Part shown: in pieces, positions 1-9,585 of the stretch
Numbering within the stretch: position 1 is the first letter of the stretch
How the letters are laid out: each line of letters starts with the position of its first letter
DNA from: Ignavibacteriota bacterium
Lineage (GTDB): Bacteria > Bacteroidota > Ignavibacteria > UBA10030
Reading direction: 5' to 3'
NCBI GenBank assembly: GCA_963833465.1
Contig: CAWHXW010000002.1
Span: forward strand, 195,393 to 259,392
Length of the DNA: 64,000 nucleotides
Position numbers and translations under genes: made by a program
The notes under the pieces: generated by a model
Told to the model about the DNA's origin: nothing
The model's input: only the letters and a program-made list of their open reading frames with translations
Databases searched by the model: none

Positions 1-991
1 CCATTTGCTGACGGAGGCTGTCAAAATTAATGTGAATCTTTGAATACATCATTGTGTCCGGCGTGATGATAACGAAATAGTCACCTTGCGGAAATTTCTG
101 AATATTTTTAAAATAATTTCCTGCATTTCCAGATGGAACGCTCTTCGCTGAAACTGTGTAAGGCGCATCGTTTGCTTCAAGCAAGCGCTCAAAATTAACT
201 CGCTGAACCGGCTCCAAGCAAGAAGCTATGTTTGTAACCATTAGCCGATTTAATTTCGGCAAATCAGGCGCGATCGCCATCGTGTTGTTCTCGCCGATTA
301 AAACAGACGATTCAATTCGTCTTCCGGTTAATTCCAATAGCGAATCAATTATTTTCTTTTGTTTAGCAGATGGTTTCACTTGAGCAATGAAGCGATCGAA
401 TGTAACTGACTTAGTTTTATTCTTTAAACTATTTCCAACTTCTATACGGTATCCTTTCTCTGATTGTTCATCTACGCGAAGTTCAGTTTTTGATTTATCA
501 TCAAGTTGCAGTGTACCAAAAAGTGAGAACTGCAATGCATTTTCTTTATCAACTTTCGAAAAGAGCGGTAAGAGAGAACCTTGAAGAATTTTCTTTTCAT
601 ATACCTCTCGAACCGCTTGCGATTTTGTGGATAGAAATTGCATGAACTGCATTCGATTTTGAATAACTAATGTTCCCATCACCACGACAACGATAGTTGC
701 CATAAAAGCAATTGCAGGAAGAAACTTGCGCGGAAATGGAAGAAGATTGTGTTCTTCTGCTTTCTTTTCCTGCATCGCAACCGAAAAGCGAGTCCAAAAT
801 CCAATATCCGGATTTAATTTCGGCTGTGATGCCAATAATGCTTTCAGATTCTTTAATTCTTCAACATGCCGTCTAATAGACGCATCCTCGGCAAGAAACG
901 ATTCAACTTGCTGAGCGTCTTTTTCAGAGAGCGCTCCATCGACATATTGCGAAAGCAGATAATCCAATTTTTGTTTATCAATTTTTTTCAT
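1..991 (-). CDS. putative membrane-anchored anti-sigma factor; the 3' end runs off the window
   Basis: This gene is absent from the ORF track because it has no stop codon inside the window. My hand translation of the reverse strand starts at the ATG at 991-989 (MKKIDKQKLDYLLSQYVDGALSEKDAQQVESFLAEDASIRRHVEELKNLK...) and stays open to position 1. The start overlaps the TAA of the upstream ECF sigma gene (TAATG). There is one TM-like segment, FLPAIAFMATIVVVVMGTLVI. Confidence 0.55.
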   Translation of the reverse strand, partial: MKKIDKQKLDYLLSQYVDGALSEKDAQQVESFLAEDASIRRHVEELKNLKALLASQPKLNPDIGFWTRFSVAMQEKKAEEHNLLPFPRKFLPAIAFMATIVVVVMGTLVIQNRMQFMQFLSTKSQAVREVYEKKILQGSLLPLFSKVDKENALQFSLFGTLQLDDKSKTELRVDEQSEKGYRIEVGNSLKNKTKSVTFDRFIAQVKPSAKQKKIIDSLLELTGRRIESSVLIGENNTMAIAPDLPKLNRLMVTNIASCLEPVQRVNFERLLEANDAPYTVSAKSVPSGNAGNYFKNIQKFPQGDYFVIITPDTMMYSKIHINFDSLRQQM

Positions 992-1746
992 TATTGCACC
1001 TCTTCCATTAACGGCTTTAATGCTTTTCTCAGCATTGCCCGCGCTCTGGAGATTCTTGATTTCACAGTGCCGAGTTCGCATTGCATTACATCGGCTATTT
1101 CCTCGTATGAAAGTCCTTCTATATCTTTTAATACAACCGACATTCTAAATTTTTCAGGTAAGGTTTGCAAGCCCAGTGCAACCAATTCCTTTGTATCTTT
1201 ATTTTCCTGCTGAACTGAAAGACGAATATTTAATTCCTTTTCAACGCCTTCATCAAGTGTTTGAAAGGACAAGAAGCGGCGTGTTTTCTTCTTCCGAAGT
1301 TCGTCTCTGCTTTTATTTATAGCTATTCGGTACAGCCATGTGTAAAACGACGCTTCAAATCGAAAATTAGGTAACGCTTGATATGCTTTAATGAACACTT
1401 CCTGCGCAAGATCATCGATGAAATCTCGATCGCGGAAAATTGAGAACAGCAAATTACGGATTCGTTCTTGATAGCGTTCAACAATAAAGCGATATACATC
1501 GAGATTGCCGCTCTGAAATTCACTTATCAGCGTCTCGTCGTCCATCTTGCGAAGAATCTCGGCACCCGGTTTTGAAAGAGCTTGGTCGTTTGTCATTGAG
1601 TCCGCATCATTTGTTCTTAGAAATGAAGTTACAAAACTTCTTGGACGAACTCCAATCTGAAAACGGTCTTTCTCAGACTGCCAACCGGTTTCCGGCATCG
1701 GTATCGCCACGCTCCCTCCTGTTTCACTTATTCCGATTGATTTCAT
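991..1746 (-). CDS. ECF-type RNA polymerase sigma-70 family factor
   Basis: A region 2-like stretch (DLAQEVFIKAYQALPNFRFEASFYTWLYRIAINKSRD) and a region 4 HTH (LPEKFRMSVVLKDIEGLSYEEIADVMQCELGTVKSRISRARAMLRKAL) are both present. The first ~50 aa are an unusual extension. An alternative start is M51 at 1596. Confidence 0.85.
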   Translation of the reverse strand: MKSIGISETGGSVAIPMPETGWQSEKDRFQIGVRPRSFVTSFLRTNDADSMTNDQALSKPGAEILRKMDDETLISEFQSGNLDVYRFIVERYQERIRNLLFSIFRDRDFIDDLAQEVFIKAYQALPNFRFEASFYTWLYRIAINKSRDELRKKKTRRFLSFQTLDEGVEKELNIRLSVQQENKDTKELVALGLQTLPEKFRMSVVLKDIEGLSYEEIADVMQCELGTVKSRISRARAMLRKALKPLMEEVQ

Positions 1747-1807
1747 GTTTACGTTTCTAATTCATCGAATTCTTTACGTTGAATTTTACTTGAAGTTATT
1801 CGATTTG

Positions 1808-1836
1808 TTAGACGGTAAGATAGAAGCGATGGTTCC
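1808..1836 (-). promoter_or_regulatory. candidate ECF-type autoregulatory promoter (GGAAC-N17-CGTC)
   Basis: The reverse strand reads GGAAC (1836-1832), then 17 nt, then CGTCTAA (1814-1808). This lies about 60-90 nt upstream of the ATG at 1746 and matches the generic AAC/CGT ECF promoter pattern. Confidence 0.3.
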
Positions 1837-2362
1837 CTGCAAAAAGAGAATCTCATCGTAGAAAAAATAGAATGCAATATTTAGAGTGACTATCCCGCTA
1901 GATTTGTTTTATCGTTGGACTAGTGCCACCCTAATAGGTCATGTGCAGTGAAAGTTTTTTTCTATTTTTTAATATGGTAATAGACTGCTTGTCACTGTCG
2001 TTTTCAAACGTGGCACTCTTTAACTGAAACGAAATTTCAAAGAATTTTTCCCTCCCGAAAATCTTTTTTGTAATTACTACAGCTTATTTTCATCCGCCGA
2101 GTTTTTTTTAATTCTTGCACAATAATTCCATTTACCAACTCTTTAGATGCGTTCGCTATGTCTAAATCAGCGTCCGCCAGAATTATTTTTACGATGCCTG
2201 TAAACTATTTCCCTTCGATAAATTTAGAGCAGCGTCTTACGGATTTGAAATTATGTTCCTATCATTTTAAGTTATGTCCACAAAATTGCAGGTTCGAACT
2301 TTACTTCAGCATTGTCAAACTCACATTCTCATTACGATAGCGACCTATTCAAATTTATCCCA

Positions 2363-3205
2363 TCATTTATTCATTTCAGACATTTTTATATATTCGATAG
2401 TTTTTTTCGGCGACGACATATTTAATACTTTCATCCAATCTTTATATTTTTCCTTCATCTGAACTTGCTTATTAGGATCTTGTGCCGCAGATGTCATATC
2501 AACAAAATACTGCCGCATCGCTTGCACTATTTCTACACCGCCCACTTTTCCATGCCCTGGAACAAATGTACAATTTGTCCATCTATTCAAGATAATGTCT
2601 AATACTTGTATCCATTTTGAAACTCTTGCCCCGCTTTCATCCTTTAACACCGGATTGACGAGATTAAAAACTAAATCTCCGGTAAAGAGAACTTTATGGT
2701 TCTCTAAGAACACAACAAGATCATTAAATGTATGAGCTTGTCCAAGATTATAAAGATGCACAATCTCGCCACCGATATTTATCGACAGACTATCTTTCAC
2801 AAAGTCCGTCGGCTGGTTCTCTGCACTGATGCTCTTTTTTAGAAATTCTTTATCATAATCCCCGATATAAATTCTATCGCCTTTAAAATATTTGTTTCCA
2901 TTTACATGGTCAGAATGAAAATGCGTGTTAATGACAATAATTGGTTTTGCGCCTGCGTCCGCCTTAGCAAGTTTATAAAGATCTTCAGAACTGCTCATCA
3001 TTTTCGTATCAACTACAACTTCGGCGCTGTCTCCGACAATAATTCCACTGTTTCCGCCGCCTCCAAGCATTAAAGTTAAATTACGGTCAACCTGAATTGT
3101 TTCTTTCTCTGTGAAGAATTTAACGCTTGGATAGAAAAGAAAAACTGCTGCTGCAATAACAGCGATTAGTGATATACCGCTGCCGATAAATATTTTTTTC
3201 TTCAT
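2363..3205 (-). CDS. MBL-fold metallo-hydrolase with an N-terminal signal/anchor
   Basis: The HxHxDH motif is present (THFHSDHVNG). The N-terminus is hydrophobic (IGSGISLIAVIAAAVFLF). Confidence 0.8.
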   Translation of the reverse strand: MKKKIFIGSGISLIAVIAAAVFLFYPSVKFFTEKETIQVDRNLTLMLGGGGNSGIIVGDSAEVVVDTKMMSSSEDLYKLAKADAGAKPIIVINTHFHSDHVNGNKYFKGDRIYIGDYDKEFLKKSISAENQPTDFVKDSLSINIGGEIVHLYNLGQAHTFNDLVVFLENHKVLFTGDLVFNLVNPVLKDESGARVSKWIQVLDIILNRWTNCTFVPGHGKVGGVEIVQAMRQYFVDMTSAAQDPNKQVQMKEKYKDWMKVLNMSSPKKTIEYIKMSEMNK

Positions 3206-3286
3206 CGCATTGCCCTCCAGTTATTTTAAAATACGATAAGTTTTATAGATAAATGTAGTACGTGTAAGAAATCAAGAATTGCGTTG

Positions 3287-4588
3287 CTAAACTACTTTTG
3301 CCTGAAGATTAGACACCTGTATTCGATTTTCAAATTCATCACGAAAACGGCGAATCATTGATTGAACAGGCCATGCGGCGGCATCACCGAGAGCGCAAAC
3401 TGTATTTCCTTCGATGTTATTAGCAATATCCATCAGCAAATCTATGTCTTCTAAATTTGCCTGATAATTCTCAAATCGTTTTAGAATTTTAAACATCCAA
3501 TCGGTTCCTTCACGGCAAGGTGTGCATTGTCCGCATGATTCGTGATAGTAGAATTCCGCAATTCTCGTAATAACTTTAATAAGATCGGTGTCTGAGTCCA
3601 TTACAATGATTCCCGCTGTGCCGACTGAAGAGCCGGCAGCTTTCAGCGAATCAACGTCCATTCGAATTCCTTCGAGCTGGTCGCCGCGCAAAATCATAGT
3701 TGATGAACCGCCGGGAATAACTGCTTTGATATCTTTGTTGCCGGGAACACCTCTTGCATATTGATAGATAATTTCAAGTAACAGTTCGCCCGTTGGCATT
3801 TCGAAAACCCCAGGATTGTTCACATGCCCGCTAACACCAACCAACAACGGACCCGGATGTTTAACTGCGCCAATTTGAGAATACCATTTCCATCCATTAT
3901 TGATGATAAATGGGATGTTAGAAATCGTTTCCACGTTGTTGATCGTTGTCGGACATCCCCACAAACCGAACTGAGCAGGGAACGGCGGCTTCACTCTTGG
4001 ATATCCTCGCTCGCCTTCAATCGAATTCATCAATGATGATTCTTCTCCGCAAATGTAGGCACCAGCTCCGCGATGAATAGTTATATTTGTAGAAAAATTT
4101 GTTCCAAGAATTTTTTCGCCAATCAACATATGTGCATATGCATCATCAATTGCTTTCTGCAGCATTTTGATCCATTTACCATACTCGCCTCTTACATAAA
4201 TGTAAGCTGCAGTCATTCCCATCGCATAGCAAGCGATAAGCGTTCCCTCTATAAGCAAGTGCGGATTGAATTCAAAAATCTGACGGTCTTTGAATGTTCC
4301 CGGCTCCGATTCGTCTCCGTTGACACAAAGATATTTTGGCTTATTGGAATTCTTCGGCATAAATGACCATTTCAATCCCGTCGGAAAACATGCACCGCCG
4401 CGCCCACGCAAGTTCGATTTCTTTACTTCGTCTATTACCTCATCAGGTTTCATCTCAAGGGCTTTTTTTAGTGCATTGTATCCGTCGTTCGCAAGATATG
4501 TATCGATCTTATGTAAATCTGGCACATCAGGAAGAATGATGCGCTTCCATGTTTTTGACTTTTCTATATTGGCTGGTTGGAAGTTCAT
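3287..4588 (-). CDS. nuoF: NADH-quinone oxidoreductase subunit F
   Basis: It carries the GRGGACFPTGLKWSF FMN/NADH motif and the CGQCTPCREG Fe-S motif. It is the last gene of the nuoA-F run. Confidence 0.95.
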   Translation of the reverse strand: MNFQPANIEKSKTWKRIILPDVPDLHKIDTYLANDGYNALKKALEMKPDEVIDEVKKSNLRGRGGACFPTGLKWSFMPKNSNKPKYLCVNGDESEPGTFKDRQIFEFNPHLLIEGTLIACYAMGMTAAYIYVRGEYGKWIKMLQKAIDDAYAHMLIGEKILGTNFSTNITIHRGAGAYICGEESSLMNSIEGERGYPRVKPPFPAQFGLWGCPTTINNVETISNIPFIINNGWKWYSQIGAVKHPGPLLVGVSGHVNNPGVFEMPTGELLLEIIYQYARGVPGNKDIKAVIPGGSSTMILRGDQLEGIRMDVDSLKAAGSSVGTAGIIVMDSDTDLIKVITRIAEFYYHESCGQCTPCREGTDWMFKILKRFENYQANLEDIDLLMDIANNIEGNTVCALGDAAAWPVQSMIRRFRDEFENRIQVSNLQAKVV

Positions 4589-5049
4589 TTCAGACTATCT
4601 ATCAGCTTATCTATTTTTTCCAAAGTCAGGTTCTCGTAATAATCGTTTCCAACGGCAATCACAGGAGCAGTACCGCAAGAACCTAAACATTCAGCTTCAG
4701 AAAGCATCCATCTTTTGTCCTGCGATATCTCGCCAACCTTGATACCAAGACGTTTCTCAATATGTTCAAGAATTTTTCCCGATCCTCGCAACATACATGA
4801 TATATTCGTGCACACTTCTATATGATGTTTGCCGACTGCTTTCTTCTGCAGCATTGTGTAAAACGTAACGACACCAAGAATATGACTGAACGAAACATTT
4901 AAAAGCGTGCCGGCATACTTCATAGACTCTTCCGAGATATAGCCCTCTTGCTCTTGAATAATCCAAAGTACCGGCAATACCATCGCTTGCGCTGTCGGGT
5001 AACGCTTCCGAAGTTCCTCAACTTTATTTTTATTTTCTTCGTTTAACAT
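4585..5049 (-). CDS. nuoE: NADH-quinone oxidoreductase subunit E
   Basis: It has a thioredoxin-like 2Fe-2S cysteine pattern (EVCTNISCMLRG ... ECLGSCGTAPV). It overlaps nuoF by 4 nt. Confidence 0.9.
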   Translation of the reverse strand: MLNEENKNKVEELRKRYPTAQAMVLPVLWIIQEQEGYISEESMKYAGTLLNVSFSHILGVVTFYTMLQKKAVGKHHIEVCTNISCMLRGSGKILEHIEKRLGIKVGEISQDKRWMLSEAECLGSCGTAPVIAVGNDYYENLTLEKIDKLIDSLK

Positions 5050-5071
5050 TTCTTTTATTGCTTTTTAATTA

Positions 5072-6328
5072 CTATTTATCCGCTTCACCCATTACTGGAT
5101 CCAAACTGCCGATAATTGCTACAACGTCAGAAATCATTGCGCCCTTCATCATAGTAGAAATTGACTGCAAATTAACAAATGACGGCGACCGAATCTTCAT
5201 CCTCCAGGGCTGACCTTCTCCATTACTGTAAATATAAAAACCTAATTCGCCTTTCGATGCTTCGACGGCATGATAAATTTCGCCGACAGGCGGATTCACT
5301 CCAAAATTAATAAGCATGAAATCATGAATCAATTCTTCCATTTTCTTATAGACTCGTTCTTTTTTAGGAAGAACTTTTTTGGGTTGGAATGCTTTTACTT
5401 CTCCGGCAGGCATTTTATCTATTACCTGTCGAACAATTTTAATACTTTCCTTTATTTCTGCCATGCGCACATAATAACGCGCAAGACAATCGCCACCTTC
5501 ATAAACCGGAACTACAAAATCAAGGTCATTATAGATAAGGTACGGGTTTGCTCTCCGTAAATCATGTTCTACACCGCATGCACGAAGACATGGACCTGTG
5601 AGGCCAAGGTCAATTGCACGTTCTTTAGATATTACACCGATACCATCGACGCGTCCAAGAAATATTCGATTTGTATTCAACAGTTTTTCGCACTCAAGTA
5701 CTTTTTCAGGAAGCTCATCTATAAAGGCGCGAATAATCTGAAGCGTCTCAGGCGTAACGTCCTGTGCCACGCCACCGATACGTGTATAGCTTGTTGTAAA
5801 ACGTGCGCCGGCAATTTTTTCAAATATATCATACAGTTTTTCACGTTCACGGAACGACCACATCCATACTGTTAGTGCACCGACATCCATTGCAAGCGAA
5901 CCGAGGAACATTAAATGAGAAGAAATACGTGCAAGTTCACAAATAAGTGTGCGAAGATATTGCGCTCGAGGCGGCGCATCAATACCGATTAATTTTTCTA
6001 CGGCAAGAACATAAGCAGTATTGTTAGAAAGCGGCGAAAGATAATCCAGCCGATCTGTATGCGGAATGAATTCATGAAAACTGCAATTTTCCGCCAATTT
6101 TTCATATCCTCGATGCAAATATCCGAGTTCTGGAACTGATGCCAAAACAGTTTCGCCGTCTAACTTAATAAGCAATCTCAACACGCCGTGCGTTGCAGGA
6201 TGCTGAGGTCCCATATTAAGCACCATTTCATTTTCCAGCGGATCATCGAACGTTATAGAAACATGCTCGTTCTCTAACGCTTCGAGAATTTTGGTTTTAC
6301 GAATGCCTTTTTCCGATTTAGTTTCCAT
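5072..6328 (-). CDS. nuoD: NADH-quinone oxidoreductase subunit D
   Basis: It carries the LNMGPQHPATHGVLRL signature and has the typical ~418-aa length. Confidence 0.95.
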   Translation of the reverse strand: METKSEKGIRKTKILEALENEHVSITFDDPLENEMVLNMGPQHPATHGVLRLLIKLDGETVLASVPELGYLHRGYEKLAENCSFHEFIPHTDRLDYLSPLSNNTAYVLAVEKLIGIDAPPRAQYLRTLICELARISSHLMFLGSLAMDVGALTVWMWSFREREKLYDIFEKIAGARFTTSYTRIGGVAQDVTPETLQIIRAFIDELPEKVLECEKLLNTNRIFLGRVDGIGVISKERAIDLGLTGPCLRACGVEHDLRRANPYLIYNDLDFVVPVYEGGDCLARYYVRMAEIKESIKIVRQVIDKMPAGEVKAFQPKKVLPKKERVYKKMEELIHDFMLINFGVNPPVGEIYHAVEASKGELGFYIYSNGEGQPWRMKIRSPSFVNLQSISTMMKGAMISDVVAIIGSLDPVMGEADK

Positions 6329-6819
6329 TATTTTTTTGGCAGTTCTAATGATCCACGAATACCCATTAAAGGAAAATCTTTGCGCAAAGGATAGTATTCA
6401 AACTCATCAGGTAAATAAATTCTGCGCATATCAGGATGCCCTTCAAAAATAATGCCGAACATATCGAATGTCTCGCGCTCGTGCCAATTCGCAGTTCCCC
6501 ATACTTCCGTAACAGTTGGTACTTTTGGATTTTCTTCTTCCGTGAATGTTTTTAATCTAATCCGATGTTTATATGTGAAAGAGTACAGATTGTAAATGAC
6601 ACCAAACCGTTCCGAAGGTGTATTCATATCGATCCCGCACAAATCTGCAAGAAGATTAAAGCAAAGCTCGGTATCTTCCTTCAAAAATTTACATACTTCG
6701 ACAATTTGCTCTTTTGGAATTACGATAGTCAACTCGCCGCGAAATTCGTTGGCTTCCAATATTGTGCCCGCGTATTTCGCCTTAAGCCGTTCCAGAACTT
6801 TTTCGTTCATTACATTCAT
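6328..6819 (-). CDS. nuoC: NADH-quinone oxidoreductase subunit C
   Basis: It carries the WHERETFDMFGIIFEGHPDMRRI motif. The ORF-track start at 6897 is GTG and overlaps nuoB, so I prefer the ATG at 6819 (MNVMNEK...). Confidence 0.88.
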   Translation of the reverse strand: MNVMNEKVLERLKAKYAGTILEANEFRGELTIVIPKEQIVEVCKFLKEDTELCFNLLADLCGIDMNTPSERFGVIYNLYSFTYKHRIRLKTFTEEENPKVPTVTEVWGTANWHERETFDMFGIIFEGHPDMRRIYLPDEFEYYPLRKDFPLMGIRGSLELPKK

Positions 6820-6853
6820 ATCAGCATTTTTTTTCTGAATTTTTTTATTAAGT

Positions 6854-7387
6854 CTATGTTGGCACCGTATTTGATTCAGTATGTCTGCGAAAATCACCGA
6901 TATATGCTGGAGCCATTCCCTTGCTTTCGCCTCGCTGTACTTTCTGTTGAAGAAGCATAAGAGCGTTTAAAAGATTGTCTGGACGCGGCGGGCAGCCGGC
7001 AACATAAACATCCACTGGGAGGAATTGATCAATTCCCTGAACCACGGAGTATGTGCGGTACATTCCACCTGACGATGTACATGCTCCCATTGCAATAACC
7101 CATTTCGGTTCCGGCATTTGATCATAAATCTTTCTTACAACTTTAGCCATTTTATACGTGGTTGTTCCTGCAACAATTATTACATCGCATTGGCGGGGTG
7201 TAAAACGCATCACTTCCGAGCCGAATCGTGCGATATCAAATCTTGGACCTGCCGCCGCCATCATTTCAATAGCACAGCAGGAAATTCCCATCGGCATCGG
7301 GTATAGAGAATTTTTGCGGCACCAGTTGATAACATCCTCAACCTTAGTCGCAATATATCCGTCTCCTATCCAATTTTCTAATCCCAT
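6854..7387 (-). CDS. nuoB: NADH-quinone oxidoreductase subunit B
   Basis: The [17 protein letters not shown] and AGCPPRP Fe-S motifs are present. The ORF-track start at 7408 is TTG. The ATG at 7387 is preceded by AGGAG about 8 nt upstream. Confidence 0.9.
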   Translation of the reverse strand: MGLENWIGDGYIATKVEDVINWCRKNSLYPMPMGISCCAIEMMAAAGPRFDIARFGSEVMRFTPRQCDVIIVAGTTTYKMAKVVRKIYDQMPEPKWVIAMGACTSSGGMYRTYSVVQGIDQFLPVDVYVAGCPPRPDNLLNALMLLQQKVQRGESKGMAPAYIGDFRRHTESNTVPT

Positions 7388-7743
7388 TCCAACGCTCCTT
7401 TCCTCCAAATGTAATAAAAGCCGACTAAGAGGATAAAGATAAACACAAACATTACTACAAAGCCCTGTGCACCAAGCTGCTTATAAGTTACAGCCCATGG
7501 ATACATGAAAACTATTTCAATATCGAAAACAATGAAGAGCATCGCAACTAAATAGTACTTTACTGAAAACCTTTCTCGCGCAGTCCGAACCGGTTCCATA
7601 CCGCTTTCATACGTAGATTGTTTTTCATTACTCGGGCGCCGCGGGCCGATTAATTCGTTCACTTTGCCCATAAAGATGCCGAACGCCAAAGCACAACCGA
7701 TCATTAGGAATATTGGAATGTAGGATTCTATCATTTTTTGCAA
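7378..7743 (-). CDS. nuoA: NADH-quinone oxidoreductase subunit A
   Basis: It is a 121-aa three-TM protein with YESGMEP and [12 protein letters not shown] motifs, and is the first gene of the nuo run. Confidence 0.9.
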   Translation of the reverse strand: MQKMIESYIPIFLMIGCALAFGIFMGKVNELIGPRRPSNEKQSTYESGMEPVRTARERFSVKYYLVAMLFIVFDIEIVFMYPWAVTYKQLGAQGFVVMFVFIFILLVGFYYIWRKGALEWD

Positions 7744-7869
7744 TACTTATTTTTAATTATTAAAATTTTATAAATAATTGCCTGAAAAACAAATCAGGTT
7801 CCATAATTAATTTCATTATCAAAACAAGAAATGAGTACTAAAAATTCCCAGCAAGCTATTCTTGATCTT

Positions 7870-9585
7870 TTACTTCATATTGATTTTCACACCTTCCAAA
7901 GGCCACCGGGCTCGGACTTTAAGTGTATCGGAGAATTTGCTAAACCTTTCTGAATAGATAAAAGGAAACGGTTTGCCCGGATCGAACCTGCCGTTATTAT
8001 TTCTATCTCTAAACGATTGAAAGACATAACGCCCTTCGGCAATTTGCGGAAACAGAAAATTCCCTACTTCATTAGCAGTTGCGACGTAATTCGCTTGATT
8101 AGTCTCTCCAATTTTAAATGCAATAACGTACAAATGCCCTGCAGTATCTATTTTATTTTCATCGATAACAATTCCTTCAACACTGCTCAAATCTTCCATA
8201 TCAAGCGTCTCAAAGTGCCACGTTTTTGTAGAATCACGACAAACACGTCCGGACCAATCATGGACTTCCCGTAACTCTGCGCGAAGCGAATACCAAGTTT
8301 TATTCACTAATTCTTTTTCCGGCCAAATAGAAATCATCACATCGCTGATCCATTTCTTTTCAGCCAGAATAAGATGATTATTGTTATCGAAAAGATTCAG
8401 CCAATCTAGTGAAGTCGATTTTTTTAAAGCATCAGAAAAAGTCAAAGTTAAGACAGGTTGAAGGTCAACAGCCTGCGTGCTGTCTTTAACAGATACTGAA
8501 ATCAAATACGAGCTGACCGAGTCCACTTTCGGCGAGCTTTGGAATAACAGCATATTCGCAAGCATATTGATTTTATTCCCTGCAGAATCAGTTATTCCAC
8601 TAACACCAAGACGGTACACTCTGCCGGAATCTTGTTTCTGCGTGACTATAAAAAACGAAGCTGAACTTACAGGTGAAGGAGAAGCAACAAAAAGTTCAAG
8701 TAATTTTCCATTTACAGTATCGATTGCAGAAAATGATGAAAGTGTAACAGATGTTGGATTTATTGATTTCGAAAATTCTGCAAGAATATGATTTCGATCC
8801 GGGGTTGTAACTTTAACGAGCCGCGGACCAGTCGTATCCTCTTTCGCAAGTTTCATCAACACACCCGTTATTATAGAATCCGAAGGCATGATATTGATAT
8901 TACGCGACGGCACTCCATAATCATCTATCTCTCGAACATAAACAAGATTCCGGTACTCATCACGTACGGCTAATATTCGATAACTGCCAAAAGGAATATG
9001 ATGAAGAAAGAAATTTCCATTTTTACCGGTTTGCGTAATGAAATCTGGTTTCGTTATGGTAGGATTGAGTGTGTCTGGATTCAAACCGTTCAACCGGTAT
9101 GCGAAGATCATTACACCTGAAATTGCATCGCTGCTATTTCTTGGATACACGCGTCCTTCAATGGCTCCGCGATCAATTTCATTTCCAGTTGAAAACGCAA
9201 GCGTAAATGCCTGTGCCATTCTATTTCCATAGAGATCCTCTGCATCAGTTCCAAGGTTTATTACGTAAGTAGTGTTGGATCGAAGTTTTTCCAAAAACTT
9301 TATTTCTATTTCCTTCCCGCTCCAATCACAATCCGGAATCCCTAAATATGGTGAAATAAAAACTGCTTCCTCTACGCTTCGTTCATTCATGTAGCGATTA
9401 AACTTAAACCGAATTTTATTGTCGTTAAAGTTTCGAAGGCTGCTGCTATCCGGATAAATAGAAACAATTTCCGGCGGTGTCCTGTCAACCGGGCCGCCTT
9501 CCGGCAGCTGTTGATTAGCACAGCCGTCAAATAAAATTATAATAAGGAAAAAAACGAATATGGAATAAATAAATCTATGCTTCAT
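7870..9585 (-). CDS. Ig-like domain lipoprotein (SbsA_Ig-like N-terminus, CarboxypepD_reg-like repeats), function unknown
   Basis: It has a lipobox (LFDGC) followed by DRTPPEIVSIYPDSSS..., which is typical of bacterial Ig-like domains. Later segments resemble carboxypeptidase-regulatory beta-sandwiches (GRVYPRN..., EGIVIDEN...GRYVFQSF). Its start overlaps the mltG stop. Confidence 0.55.
   Translation of the reverse strand: MKHRFIYSIFVFFLIIILFDGCANQQLPEGGPVDRTPPEIVSIYPDSSSLRNFNDNKIRFKFNRYMNERSVEEAVFISPYLGIPDCDWSGKEIEIKFLEKLRSNTTYVINLGTDAEDLYGNRMAQAFTLAFSTGNEIDRGAIEGRVYPRNSSDAISGVMIFAYRLNGLNPDTLNPTITKPDFITQTGKNGNFFLHHIPFGSYRILAVRDEYRNLVYVREIDDYGVPSRNINIMPSDSIITGVLMKLAKEDTTGPRLVKVTTPDRNHILAEFSKSINPTSVTLSSFSAIDTVNGKLLELFVASPSPVSSASFFIVTQKQDSGRVYRLGVSGITDSAGNKINMLANMLLFQSSPKVDSVSSYLISVSVKDSTQAVDLQPVLTLTFSDALKKSTSLDWLNLFDNNNHLILAEKKWISDVMISIWPEKELVNKTWYSLRAELREVHDWSGRVCRDSTKTWHFETLDMEDLSSVEGIVIDENKIDTAGHLYVIAFKIGETNQANYVATANEVGNFLFPQIAEGRYVFQSFRDRNNNGRFDPGKPFPFIYSERFSKFSDTLKVRARWPLEGVKINMK

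Noticed and set aside
1747-2362. The 616-bp gap carries a distant 8-bp inverted repeat (AGTGCCAC at about 1922 and GTGGCACT at about 2011) and small ORFs (2158-2340, 2274-2462).
   Set aside because: The ORFs are low-complexity and AT-rich, with no RBS. The inverted repeat is short enough to occur by chance. Only the ECF-type promoter motif was kept.
3824-7436. Numerous 60-150-aa plus-strand ORFs lie within the nuo genes. Similar antisense ORFs occur in recA, pntB, gnd, uxaC and other genes.
   Set aside because: They are shadow ORFs opposite strongly supported conserved genes.
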